Below the pieces are notes generated by a model. That model saw only the letters and a program-made list of their open reading frames with translations. It was not told the DNA's origin and searched no databases. The translations under genes and the position numbers were made by a program. From positions 64,001 to 128,000 of the forward strand of contig JBIQJB010000001.1 in assembly GCA_044507735.1 (NCBI GenBank): a stretch of 64,000 nt of DNA, written 5' to 3'. Shown here piece by piece: positions 9,932 to 19,941 of the stretch (the stretch's first letter is position 1; the number at the start of each line of letters is the position of its first letter). This DNA is from Nitrosopumilales archaeon (lineage in GTDB: Archaea; Thermoproteota; Nitrososphaeria; Nitrososphaerales; Nitrososphaeraceae).

Positions 9932-10534
9932 CTAGATTACAACGCTGCCTGCGTAAAGAATCGCAAAAATACCTGCAGTATGGAGCAAGTAAGCTAAGAT
10001 CAGAAATCTTCTTGTACTCAGGCTTTTCACCGACGCCAACAGAGTAATGCCAATCTCAGATGGAAGCGGCGTGGCGATGAGAATACCTCCTGCGGCAATC
10101 AACAAATATTTTTTCAGGTTATTCTTAGACTTGTTGTCGTCTTGCCGGAAAATGACAGATCTTGACCTGAGCTTTTCCATCTCGTCAGCGAATGTATTCT
10201 TGACAAAGAGGTAGATTATCAAATCACTCAACAATGCGCCTAGCCCTCCAATCAACCCTGCCAAGAAAATGTTCTGTTCTGTCCCAAGTAGCAGCAACAT
10301 TGCAGTAGCAGGCGCTGAAGTAAATCCATATGCGTAAAGCATGCCCGCAATAAAGGTGCCAGGGTATCCAAGGGAAATCAGAAATTCATTAAGCGGCGGA
10401 TATGTCCTAGCCTCGCCAAAAAAGATCACAGCGATGATGAAGGTCGAGACCAGGAGCAGTAGTTTAGGGTACTTTATTCTCGACCTGATTCGCTCCAGGC
10501 TCATGGACTCCGTAGAGGTTATGTCTCCCACCAT
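9932..10534 (-). CDS. Hypothetical membrane protein, DedA/SNARE-associated-like
   Basis: Several TMs; GGLGALLSDLIIY and IATPLPSE motifs; alternative start at 10504. Confidence 0.65.
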   Translation of the reverse strand: MVGDITSTESMSLERIRSRIKYPKLLLLVSTFIIAVIFFGEARTYPPLNEFLISLGYPGTFIAGMLYAYGFTSAPATAMLLLLGTEQNIFLAGLIGGLGALLSDLIIYLFVKNTFADEMEKLRSRSVIFRQDDNKSKNNLKKYLLIAAGGILIATPLPSEIGITLLASVKSLSTRRFLILAYLLHTAGIFAILYAGSVVI

Positions 10535-10943
10535 ATAGGTTTACATAGACAGCTGGCAAAGTTACCTTGGAGGCGATAACCTCTGCGGTATGCTGAGACT
10601 ACTTGGCGCGATTGCCAACTTGCACTCAAACCGTCCACTGATAAATTTTTGTCACGGGCGTAGTACGCATACTGTGTAATGCTTCCTAGATGATTGCTTT
10701 CTGTCTGAAAAATGCCGTAACACCAACGTTGCCTATTATTACTATCTTCTTCGGCTTCCAAGATTTGTGGATTGATTCTAGAGAAAATATGCACGCAAGA
10801 CAAAATACGGCATATACGTGTATGCATGATCTAACCAAATCAGTTCAAGTATGAAATGAATCTGACGAGAAGATTCACAGCCAGATGAATAAAATATAAA
10901 TATTATTTACACACCTCTTGTTACTAACATAGGTGAACAATCT

Positions 10944-12599
10944 ATGTCAGCGCAACAAGTTCCAATTGTTCTTCTGAAAGAGGGTACCACTGAAACAAAA
11001 GGCAACCAAGCTCAGAGAAACAACATCACAGCAGCAAAGGCAATCGCTGAAATAGTCAGGACATCGCTGGGACCAAGAGGGATGGACAAGATGCTCGTTG
11101 ACACTCTTGGCGACGTTACCATAACAAACGACGGCGCCACCATTTTGAAAGAGATCGACGTGCAGCATCCAGCCGCAAAGATGATGGTGGAGATAAGCAA
11201 GGCTACCGACAATGAAGTTGGTGATGGCACCACTTCTACTGTAGTGCTTGCCGGCTCGCTGCTTGAAAAGGCGGAGGAGCTGATAACAAAGAACGTCCAC
11301 CCGACCATAGTTGTGGATGGATTCAAGAGGGCGTCTGAGAAGGCAATCGAGACGTTGCGCGAAATCGCCACCAAAGTCGACCCGACAGACAAGACGTTTC
11401 TGACCAAGATCGCAAGGACATCCATGGCATCAAAGATGGTCGCAGCGGATTCCAAAGAACTGTCTGATATGGTAGTCGATGCGGTCCTGGCTGTCGCGGA
11501 GAAATCAGGTGACAAATACAGGGTAGACATTGATGACATAAAAGTGGAGAAGAAGGCTGGCGGAAGCATAAGTGACACCAAGTTCATCCACGGAGTCGTC
11601 CTTGACAAGGAAGTCGTGCACGGCGGCATGCCAAAAAGGATTGAAAATGCCAAGATCGCTGTCGTCAACAGCCCACTTGAGATCGAAAAGACAGAAATGA
11701 GCGCAGAGATCAGGATTTCAGACCCTCACCAAATGCAACAATTCCTGGACGAAGAAAATCGCATGTTGAAAGAAATGGTTGATAAAATTGTAGCAGCAGG
11801 CGCAAACGTCCTCCTATGCCAGAAGGGAATAGACGACATTGCGCAGCACTACCTTGCCAAGGCCGGCATCCTTGCTGTACGCAGGATAAAGGAGAGCGAC
11901 ATGTACAAGCTATCAAGGGCAACCGGCGCCAGGATTGTCAACAACCTTGACGAGCTCTCCGCAAGCGACCTTGGCTTTGCCAAGCTTGTAGAGGAGCGCA
12001 AGGTGGAAACTGACAAGTGGGTCTTTGTTGAGGAATGCAAGAACCCCAAGTCCGTCTCTATCTTGGTAAGAGGAGGCTCTCAGAGGGTTGTCGACGAGGC
12101 TGAAAGGTCGGTACATGACGCAATCATGGCAGTCAAGGACGTGGTTGAATACCCGCACATCCTGGTGGGTGGTGGAGCTCCGGAAGCTCTGGCATCGCTC
12201 AAGCTGAGAGAGTGGGCTGCCACATTGTCTGGAAGAGAGCAGCTGGCTGCCGAAAAGTTCGCAGACGGCATCGAGACCATCCCAATAGTCCTTGCAGAGA
12301 ACGCAGGCATGGACCCGCTTGACACTCAGGTGCAGCTTCGCTCAAAGAGCAGCAGCACCGGGGGAAAGGCCCGATATGGCATAGACGTCATAAACGGCAA
12401 GGTGGCTGACCTGGCCGCAAAGGACATCTATGAGCCCCTTGCCGTCAAGGAGCAGGTCATAAATGCTGCGACTGAGGCAGCATGCATGATCCTGAGAATT
12501 GACGATGTCATTGCCGCATCAAAGCCCAAGGACATGCCCAAGCCCGGTGGTGGCAGTGCCGGCGGCATGGGCGGCGGCATGGGCGACATGGACATGTAA
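10944..12599 (+). CDS. ths: Thermosome (group II chaperonin) subunit
   Basis: LGPRGMDK, TNDGATIL, GDGTTS motifs; GGM-rich C-terminal tail. Confidence 0.97.
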   Translation: MSAQQVPIVLLKEGTTETKGNQAQRNNITAAKAIAEIVRTSLGPRGMDKMLVDTLGDVTITNDGATILKEIDVQHPAAKMMVEISKATDNEVGDGTTSTVVLAGSLLEKAEELITKNVHPTIVVDGFKRASEKAIETLREIATKVDPTDKTFLTKIARTSMASKMVAADSKELSDMVVDAVLAVAEKSGDKYRVDIDDIKVEKKAGGSISDTKFIHGVVLDKEVVHGGMPKRIENAKIAVVNSPLEIEKTEMSAEIRISDPHQMQQFLDEENRMLKEMVDKIVAAGANVLLCQKGIDDIAQHYLAKAGILAVRRIKESDMYKLSRATGARIVNNLDELSASDLGFAKLVEERKVETDKWVFVEECKNPKSVSILVRGGSQRVVDEAERSVHDAIMAVKDVVEYPHILVGGGAPEALASLKLREWAATLSGREQLAAEKFADGIETIPIVLAENAGMDPLDTQVQLRSKSSSTGGKARYGIDVINGKVADLAAKDIYEPLAVKEQVINAATEAACMILRIDDVIAASKPKDMPKPGGGSAGGMGGGMGDMDM

Positions 12600-13227
12600 C
12601 AACAACAACAAGAAAAAGGATGTCCACCAATTTCTTTTTATTTTAATGGTGGATGGTGGCATAATTGTAGTACTTTGCTAGATGGATGGCAATTTGAACT
12701 GCACATATCAATGACGATTTTTCCAGTCAGTTCCTTGGTAGAGTAGCTCGACGGTCTGCCCCTGTGTGGACCATTACTTGATTGAATCACTTCCTGTTAG
12801 AGCACCCAAACTTCTCTTAATCTTGCACCATAACTGGTTCAGGCTTAGCGTAATCAGTGCCTTGCATACGGACTGTTGAAAAGACCAGACCAAGACCTCG
12901 TTAAGCCAATCTTGATTCTATCAGCACCAAACATGCTGCTTGTCGGGGGCAGACCAAAAAACAACTTGTTCTATCAACAGTGTGACCTCTTCTGCTTCCT
13001 GCACCCTGCGGTCTTTTTGACACGTTCTTCAACTCATGAATACCGTGTACCTAGTAGACGTTCTTATAGTATATTGTCTCTTCCTCTCTTTCTCTGATGA
13101 CGCTTTCGTGTTGGAATTATCGCCTCAGTCGGTACTCGAACCTATCAACTATGTGTGCAAATGTGACAGCTATCATACAGCGACAGGATTCCGCTGCATC
13201 TGAATGTGCCCAATATTGATTAAAGGA

Positions 13228-13246
13228 TACTCACATCATGTGAGTA
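13228..13246. promoter_or_regulatory. Perfect 9-1-9 palindrome upstream of hsp20-cdc48
   Basis: TACTCACAT-C-ATGTGAGTA, 4 nt before the TATA-like ATAAATA at 13251. Confidence 0.55.
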
Positions 13247-13294
13247 AGACATAAATACCAAGGGCTTGCTTTTACTATCAAGAGGAATAAAATC

Positions 13295-13834
13295 ATGTGG
13301 AGAGATTGGGATTTCGGTTTCAGAACAAGATGGCTACTCGAAAATTTTGACAGGGAATTTGAAGAGGCAGAAGAAATGTTGAACAGTATGTTCAGGACTG
13401 TTAATGACGCTAACCCTGCAAATGTGGTTGTTAACAGTCCCTACTACTATGGTTACCAGATAACCGTAGGTCTTGATGGCAAACCTCGTGTAAGGAAATT
13501 TGGAAACATTACGCCAATAACTGCGGAACTAGTTGAACAGAGCGAAGCCAGAGAACCTCTAGTCGACACAGTGATTGACAGCAACGACAATACTCTGATC
13601 ATCACGGCAGAGATGCCCGGGGTCACAAAACAAGACATCAAGGTCAAGATCTCGCAAGAACATGTGTCTATACACGCAGAAAAGGATGACAAGAAATATC
13701 ATACCGACATTCCCGTGGATCTAGAACTGGACGAGAAATCGGCTAGGGCAACTTTCACAAATGGCATCTTGCAGCTCAAAATCAAGCTGAAGGCGCCAGC
13801 AAAGCCAAAGCAAACCGAGATACGGGTTGAATGA
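13295..13834 (+). CDS. hsp20: Archaeal small heat shock protein Hsp20
   Basis: YYYGYQITVG.DGKP, REPLVD, AEMPGV, ATFTNGIL (alpha-crystallin domain). Confidence 0.93.
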   Translation: MWRDWDFGFRTRWLLENFDREFEEAEEMLNSMFRTVNDANPANVVVNSPYYYGYQITVGLDGKPRVRKFGNITPITAELVEQSEAREPLVDTVIDSNDNTLIITAEMPGVTKQDIKVKISQEHVSIHAEKDDKKYHTDIPVDLELDEKSARATFTNGILQLKIKLKAPAKPKQTEIRVE

Positions 13835-13886
13835 AAGATGCAGCGATTAAAGCTCTTAAATTTCTTATTGAGGTGAGAAAATCAAA

Positions 13887-16085
13887 ATGAAAAATCCCAG
13901 CAGCAGTGATAACAATAGCGATAAGATTACACTAAAAGTCGCCGAGACTAACCCAAAGCTAGTTGGAAGGGGGATGGCGTTGATAGACCCGAAAGTCATG
14001 GAGGAGATGGGCCTTTCAACAGGGGATGTCATCGAGGTCTCTGGAAAGAAGAAGAGCTATGTGTTACTCTGGTCTAGCCAGAGCGATGACTATGGCAAGG
14101 GTGTTATCCGGATAGACGGCTACACCAGAAATAACATTGGCATTGGCATTGATGACAGCGTCACCATCAGAAAAGTGACTGTAAGGAAGGCAGAGCAGGT
14201 GATCCTAGCCCCCACTGAAGAGCTCAATATAGTTGGCCTAGAAGAATACTTGCCTGAACTGCTTGAAGGACGAGTCGTTGCACGAGGTGATGTCGTGCCT
14301 CTGAACATTATGGGAAGGAGGATCGGTTTTGCCGTTACAAGCACAACTCCGTCAGATGGAGCATCGCTTATCGATAGCAGCACAGAATTTGTCATAGGAT
14401 CAGTACCCAAAGCAGCAAAAGGGGTTACTCGCATATCATACGAGGACATTGGAGGCCTGAGAAATGAGGTGCAGAAAGTGCGGGAAATGATAGAATTGCC
14501 ATTGCGCCATCCAGAAATCTTTGAGCGCATCGGAATTGAAGCACCAAAGGGTGTGCTTTTGCACGGTCCACCTGGAACGGGAAAGACTCTACTGGCAAAG
14601 GCCGTAGCGAACGAGACCAATGCAAACTTTTTCTCCATTGGCGGACCCGAAATAATGAGCAAGTTTTACGGCGAAAGCGAGGAACGGTTAAGACAGATCT
14701 TCAAGGAAGCCGAGGAGAACGCACCATCGATCATATTCATTGATGAAATAGACTCTATTGCTCCAAAGCGCGAAGAAGTGTCCGGCGATGTCGAAAAAAG
14801 AGTGGTATCGCAGCTGTTGACTCTTATGGATGGGATAACGTCAAGGGGCAGGCTAGTAGTAATTGGGGCCACAAACAGACCTAACGCTATTGACCCCGCC
14901 CTACGCAGACCTGGAAGGTTTGACAGGGAAATTGAAATTGGAATTCCTGATGAGCATGGACGGCTCGAAATTCTACAGATACATACCAGAGGAATGCCTC
15001 TGACAGACGATGTCGACCTTGCTGCAATAGCCAGAGTAACACACGGTTTTGTCGGGGCAGATCTGGAAGCCTTGAGCAAAGAGGCAGCCATGCGTTCTCT
15101 TAGAAGGATACTGCCTGAGATCAATCTTGAGGAGCCAAAAATTCCTGTCGAAATATTGAACAAGATCAAGGTCACAAGACAGGACTTTGAAGAAGCATTG
15201 AGGGATGTGCAGCCATCTGCCATGAGGGAAGTCTCGGTTCAGAGGCCTAACATAAAGTGGGAGGACATCGGTGGTCTGGAGCAGGTAAAAGAAGAACTGA
15301 TAGAGGCAATCGAGTGGCCTCTGAAACATGCTGATCTGTTTACCGAGGCAGACGTAAGGCCTCCAAAGGGGATCTTGCTCTACGGTCCTCCTGGGACGGG
15401 CAAAACGATGATCGCCAAAGCAGTTGCAACAACATCTGAAGCCAATTTCATCAGCATAAAGGGTCCTGAACTGCTAAGTAAATGGGTTGGCGAATCGGAG
15501 AAAGGAGTAAGAGAAGTTTTCAGAAAGGCAAGACAGGCGGCTCCTTGCGTGGTATTCTTTGACGAGCTCGATGCCATTGCTCCCCGAAGAGGCTCGGAAG
15601 CTGACGCGCATGTGACAGAACGTGTGATCAGTCAGATGCTGACCGAGATGGATGGATTGGAGGACTTGAAGGGTGTGGTGGTTATTGGCGCTACAAACAG
15701 GCCAGACATCATCGACGAAGCACTGCTTAGGCCCGGCAGGTTTGACAGGATACTCGAAGTTCCAATTCCGGACAAAGAGGCGAGGAGGCAAATATTTCAA
15801 GTTCATACAAGGAGAAAGCCGCTTGATTCTGACGTCAATCTTGACAAGCTGGTGGAAATGACAGATGGGATGACAGGTGCAGACATCGCCGCCATGGTAA
15901 ATGCCGCTGCAATGACTGCCATCAAAGAGCATGTCACTAAAAGCAAGAAGGACAGCACTGAAAAACTACGTATTTCTATGAAGCACTTTGAATCTGCACT
16001 TGACAAAGTCAAGGTGGGAAGTTCAAGGGGTAGGCCGGCGACGGGTTGGCAGCAAAAATTCCAAGGGAGCAGATCGCTGGCATGA
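13887..16085 (+). CDS. cdc48: CDC48/VAT family AAA ATPase
   Basis: N-domain plus two AAA modules (GPPGTGKT twice, DEID/DELD, RPGRFDR twice). Confidence 0.97.
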   Translation: MKNPSSSDNNSDKITLKVAETNPKLVGRGMALIDPKVMEEMGLSTGDVIEVSGKKKSYVLLWSSQSDDYGKGVIRIDGYTRNNIGIGIDDSVTIRKVTVRKAEQVILAPTEELNIVGLEEYLPELLEGRVVARGDVVPLNIMGRRIGFAVTSTTPSDGASLIDSSTEFVIGSVPKAAKGVTRISYEDIGGLRNEVQKVREMIELPLRHPEIFERIGIEAPKGVLLHGPPGTGKTLLAKAVANETNANFFSIGGPEIMSKFYGESEERLRQIFKEAEENAPSIIFIDEIDSIAPKREEVSGDVEKRVVSQLLTLMDGITSRGRLVVIGATNRPNAIDPALRRPGRFDREIEIGIPDEHGRLEILQIHTRGMPLTDDVDLAAIARVTHGFVGADLEALSKEAAMRSLRRILPEINLEEPKIPVEILNKIKVTRQDFEEALRDVQPSAMREVSVQRPNIKWEDIGGLEQVKEELIEAIEWPLKHADLFTEADVRPPKGILLYGPPGTGKTMIAKAVATTSEANFISIKGPELLSKWVGESEKGVREVFRKARQAAPCVVFFDELDAIAPRRGSEADAHVTERVISQMLTEMDGLEDLKGVVVIGATNRPDIIDEALLRPGRFDRILEVPIPDKEARRQIFQVHTRRKPLDSDVNLDKLVEMTDGMTGADIAAMVNAAAMTAIKEHVTKSKKDSTEKLRISMKHFESALDKVKVGSSRGRPATGWQQKFQGSRSLA

Positions 16086-16277
16086 GAGTGACGATATCCT
16101 CATGCTGTCCTTCTCTAACTCCTTCTTATTGCTTTTCGATTCAAAGAGTATGAATTAGCTTGTGGCAAGTAGAAGCTGTAGATGTATGAAAAGGATGATT
16201 GACCTTCGCAGTAACCACAAGAGATATTGACGAAACACTTGAATTGGAAAACTGAGTAAATTGGTCTGCGTACTGTT

Positions 16278-17222
16278 CTGAGTGGCAGTCGTCGTATTGC
16301 ACGCCCGCTTCTCCTGATAATTCTTGCAGCTGCAGTAGCAATATCCACAGGATTTAACATCATTCAGTTCCAAATCTCAAGATCTGCTCAGGACAGGATT
16401 TCTGATCTCCAAAATGAAAACAGTCAGCTTAGGGAACAGCTCTCGGATTCAAGAAACGTTTCTGATAGCCCTTCTCCCGGTTCTGGAGTGCAGAACAATG
16501 CCGGTGGTGACATTGGTGGCCAGCAAGAGCCGCCACTATCGTTTTCCGATCCAGCTGGTTCAGGTGCCGGGTCGATAACTGCAGTTGCTGTCAAGACCGT
16601 GGCTATTGGCGACGGATTCTTCCAAACAATGCGCTATGAAGGTGCTGTCATGGATATTGTAGTTGAAATAATAGAGAATGGGCAAGGGAGAGTTCTTGTC
16701 AATACACAAGTTCCAACAGGAGTAGACTTTCAGTCGTCAGCAAAGACTGCAGTTCAGGTTGCGCAGGATATCACTGGCGTAAAGCTTTCATCAAGAGACG
16801 TCATTTTTTCAATTACCGCAAAGGGCGATGCCGAGGATCTGCTGGCCGTGGATGGAGGTAGTGCCGGTGCCGCCATGACTATTCTGCTAATATCGGAGCT
16901 GCAGGGCAATTCCAACCTGAATCCCAAGGTGCTCATCACAGGCACCATTAACCCTGATGGGACAATAGGGCCTGTGGGAGGCATATATGAAAAGGCACAG
17001 GCCGCAGGCAACTATGGCGCAGAGCTCTTTTTGGTTCCAAAGGGTCAGGCAACATATCTGTCCGAATCGTGCGAAGAAAGCAGGCAGGGACCTGTAATCT
17101 ATAGGACATGCAGGTCGGAGCCAAGACCACTTTCCGAGCTTACCGAAGAGAAATTTGGGATGGAAGTAGCTGAAGTGAGTACCGTACGCGAGGCATTGGA
17201 TCGCTTCGCGACAGTGCAGTAA
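16278..17222 (+). CDS. Membrane-anchored Lon-type (S16) serine protease without ATPase domain
   Basis: DGGSAG and GGIYEK Ser-Lys dyad. Frame is open upstream of the track start (16488) to a stop at 16257 and encodes a TM helix plus coiled coil; CTG start at 16278 is inferred. Confidence 0.8.
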   Translation: MSGSRRIARPLLLIILAAAVAISTGFNIIQFQISRSAQDRISDLQNENSQLREQLSDSRNVSDSPSPGSGVQNNAGGDIGGQQEPPLSFSDPAGSGAGSITAVAVKTVAIGDGFFQTMRYEGAVMDIVVEIIENGQGRVLVNTQVPTGVDFQSSAKTAVQVAQDITGVKLSSRDVIFSITAKGDAEDLLAVDGGSAGAAMTILLISELQGNSNLNPKVLITGTINPDGTIGPVGGIYEKAQAAGNYGAELFLVPKGQATYLSESCEESRQGPVIYRTCRSEPRPLSELTEEKFGMEVAEVSTVREALDRFATVQ

Positions 17223-17437
17223 CAAAAGAAAGATGCTTGGGTTCTGCAAGAGGATTTTTCTTGTTAAAAGCGGTTATAACGCACAGAGGGAAAGTGATGC
17301 GAAAAAAATGATGTCATAGCGTGCCACTCTTCAATACGAACAACAACCACAACCTCTATCGCAGAAATTGCTTTCGATACGATTGAACTAGCCCATTTTG
17401 AATGTCTTGTTCCGGTGTTACGGGTTGGTGGATAATG

Positions 17438-17854
17438 CTATCTGTAGTGTGGCCAAGGGTAGCGGGATTTTGGGCTTGGCTCGAGTGAAAATATCTCTTT
17501 GACTGTGAGAACCCAGACCTTTTTCGGCTTTGTTTGGATGCCAAATTCCCTGAGCTTTGTTTCCGTCTCAGATATCAATTTCTGGTCGGTAATGCTTTCT
17601 GCGCTCCCCTTGAGCTGGTATCCGCCCTGTGTGTCTCTGTCAAATATTGCGACGGTGACTCGAGGCCAGGCGTTGATATTATGAAAGGTTTTGTTTTCAA
17701 AAGCGTCTGCAAAGAGCAGTTTTTCATTCTGCAGTATTCCTAGGACGTAACGGGGAGAAATGTTTGGAACACCATCGGCGCTGACGCTTCCCACGAGGAC
17801 GACATGGTTCTGCTTTATAATCAGACGGATGATGTCCTCATCGATTTGTACCAA
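17438..17854 (-). CDS. Pyridoxamine 5'-phosphate oxidase-like flavin-binding protein
   Basis: SVSADGVPNISP, KTFHNI...P.V, GYQLKG motifs. Confidence 0.85.
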   Translation of the reverse strand: MVQIDEDIIRLIIKQNHVVLVGSVSADGVPNISPRYVLGILQNEKLLFADAFENKTFHNINAWPRVTVAIFDRDTQGGYQLKGSAESITDQKLISETETKLREFGIQTKPKKVWVLTVKEIFSLEPSPKSRYPWPHYR

Positions 17855-18218
17855 CAGGTATCAAGGTCTTGTATATGGCGGAACGGGTTAAAAATCTTCT
17901 ATCATTTATTTATGCACATGGTGGTCTTGTATTACTTCAGTTTCATTCTGAGATATCCTGGAGAATCTGCTGATTGAGCGATGATCAGTCAGTCCACCTC
18001 TAACGGCGAGCCGGAGCATACATGTTTGAAAGGTACGTCCAATCTCTCTGATGCCGGCGCGAGAGATCTAGTACCGTGATTTATCCACAGATACGAGGCT
18101 TTATTTCCGACATCTCAACTCTGATGGGTAAGAAAGTTCGAAGCAGCATTTTCGGAGATATTTGGAAGGGGAAGCTGCATTTTTTGATAGTGATGTGCAA
18201 CTCTGACACGAATGTCGT

Positions 18219-18629
18219 TTAGGAACCTTCTTCATCACTGTCCTCGTCATAGTCCAGTTTTTCATCGATCTTTTTCTGCAATTCTTTGTACTGGTTGTAC
18301 CTTTTTGTCCACTTTGACAGCAGGAACCATTGTCTAATGCCTATTCCTATCCATACTAGGACTGTTATGAGTACGACTGCTTGCACTACTCTGAAAGAAG
18401 GGTTGTCCGGGGGCCCGCCCCTTTCAAACGGCGGTCCTCTTTCGTCAAACCTGCCGTCAGAGATCGTCTCTCCCAGCACCAGAAAGGTGATGAAATGTGT
18501 TAGAGGAACAATGACAACAAATGAGACTATCATGAGGATAAACAACCTCTTGGTCTTGTTCAGTTGGTAGACTATCTCATCCATTGCTCTGAAGACGTTT
18601 TCTACGGGCTTGTCGTCATTGCTTGTCAC
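18219..18629 (-). CDS. Two-TM membrane protein
   Basis: Two TMs with a Pro/Gly-rich loop; IGIRQW..LSKW..RY coiled, acidic C-terminus. Confidence 0.8.
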   Translation of the reverse strand: MTSNDDKPVENVFRAMDEIVYQLNKTKRLFILMIVSFVVIVPLTHFITFLVLGETISDGRFDERGPPFERGGPPDNPSFRVVQAVVLITVLVWIGIGIRQWFLLSKWTKRYNQYKELQKKIDEKLDYDEDSDEEGS

Positions 18630-18666
18630 TATCTAAGGTTCCCTCCTGTTCATTATAAGAAATGTA

Positions 18667-18679
18667 GTAACAATGTTAC
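18667..18679. promoter_or_regulatory. GTAAC-N3-GTTAC operator-like palindrome (site 1)
   Basis: GTAACAATGTTAC, 8 nt upstream of the TTATAA box (18653-18658) of the minus-strand gene starting at 18629. Confidence 0.6.
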
Positions 18680-18709
18680 CTGTAGCACTCGCCACAAACA
18701 TCGTAACCA

Positions 18710-19003
18710 TCACTTTTCTCCCTCGCCTCTTGGGAAAAGCACTTCATATGGTTCTAGTATCTCGCGAAATACCGCTTTCCCTTTTTCCGAGACCTTGTAC
18801 TTGATTATTGTCTTGTTGCCCCATGCCTCTTCAAATCTCACTATCAAGTCTTTCTCGACCATGTCATCAATTATCGCCTTATGTTTCACGTTGTTCAATC
18901 CGCAGTAGCTCATCAATTTGCTCTGATTGAGCTCCCCGTACTCTGACAGCTTTAGTATCACGTCCTTCCTGATGTAGATTCTGTCGCGGTATTCGTGGAC
19001 CAA
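18710..19003 (-). CDS. Winged helix-turn-helix transcriptional regulator
   Basis: YRDRIYI..DVI...LNQSKLMSYCGLN...YKVSEKGK, archaeal wHTH (HTH_45-like) pattern. Confidence 0.85.
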   Translation of the reverse strand: MVHEYRDRIYIRKDVILKLSEYGELNQSKLMSYCGLNNVKHKAIIDDMVEKDLIVRFEEAWGNKTIIKYKVSEKGKAVFREILEPYEVLFPRGEGEK

Positions 19004-19155
19004 TTTAGCTAGATGTCTCGGGGTTAATAGCTACAGGAGGATAGTTGTATAATGGAAAGTAGCAATAGCCCTCGTTATGGAAAGGCATGTTTCTCACTAG
19101 CATCACGGCATTCACTTCCTAAAATGGCTTCTCTGCTGAACTACATTAACTGTGT

Positions 19156-19200
19156 GGTAACAAAGTTACGTGTCAAGGGTTAACAAGAGATAAAATAATT
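19156..19200 (+). repeat. 45-bp duplicated promoter, copy A (contains GTAAC-N3-GTTAC site 2)
   Basis: 41/45 identical to 19880-19924; begins 62 nt before ATG 19218. Confidence 0.85.
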
Positions 19201-19217
19201 TATGCGGAATTGTGCGC

Positions 19218-19592
19218 ATGGCAAATTCAAAACTTGTGGTCGGAGTAGGGCTGGCGGCAACTGCGCTTGCCCTGGTCTTGCCCAATCTTGTAGCCGGAAT
19301 AGCGGTACTGGGCTTGGCTCTTGGAACGGCGTTCAATATAGCAGCGATAATGTTGTCTGCAGCGGCGTTCGCTGTATCTTGGAGGCAGAGGTCTTATCTA
19401 ATTGCAGGACTTTTGGCCATAACAGGTGTCATATACATGATACCCGCTCTCGTGGCTCTAGCAAGTATAAGCTTTGCAGTCATTGTGGTCCCGGGTCCTA
19501 TCTTGGGAGTCATCTTTGGACTGATCATACTCGGGCTCGGTGTGGCAAAAGGGATCAGGACAGCCAAGGTGGTGGTTGCACCCGCCAGATAA
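19218..19592 (+). CDS. Small very hydrophobic (about 4 TM) membrane protein
   Basis: Almost entirely hydrophobic; ATG 19218 chosen because its spacing from the repeat equals that of 19942. Confidence 0.75.
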   Translation: MANSKLVVGVGLAATALALVLPNLVAGIAVLGLALGTAFNIAAIMLSAAAFAVSWRQRSYLIAGLLAITGVIYMIPALVALASISFAVIVVPGPILGVIFGLIILGLGVAKGIRTAKVVVAPAR

Positions 19593-19879
19593 CCTCCACT
19601 TTATTTCCTTGTTTTTTGTTTATTCTCTAGATCAGTAATTGCACGGTTTGTTTTCCTGATTGTTGAAGCGGTGGACGTCGAACCAAAGTGCGACTGCAGG
19701 TACGCGCACAAAAAATATAGCATTCGTGAGGCTGAAAATAGGGCAGAGTATAACTGCGTCATTCAATTGAGAATGTTTGCACCGGACACATCACGCTTAT
19801 GGTAGACATAGATGCGCATACACCAAGAATGCGATTGGCTTGTTTTTTCTCACTATTGTTGCTGTTCAAGTGGCTGCCA

Positions 19880-19924
19880 GGTAACAAAGTTACGTGTCAA
19901 GGGTCAACAATGGTTAAAATAATT
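19880..19924 (+). repeat. 45-bp duplicated promoter, copy B (contains GTAAC-N3-GTTAC site 3)
   Basis: GGTAACAAAGTTACGTGTCAAGGGTCAACAATGGTTAAAATAATT; begins 62 nt before ATG 19942. Confidence 0.85.
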
Positions 19925-19941
19925 CTCTTGCAAGTTTACGC

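Noticed and set aside
12600-13200. Possible small genes between thermosome and hsp20
   Set aside because: Short ORFs with no recognisable motifs or clear promoter.
13887-16085. Inteins in Cdc48 (also checked RadA 41725..42711)
   Set aside because: Both proteins are normal length with contiguous Walker motifs.
19156-19924. Repeat pair as a CRISPR array or IS ends
   Set aside because: Only two direct copies 724 bp apart, each at fixed distance from a start codon; fits promoter duplication. No cas or transposase genes.
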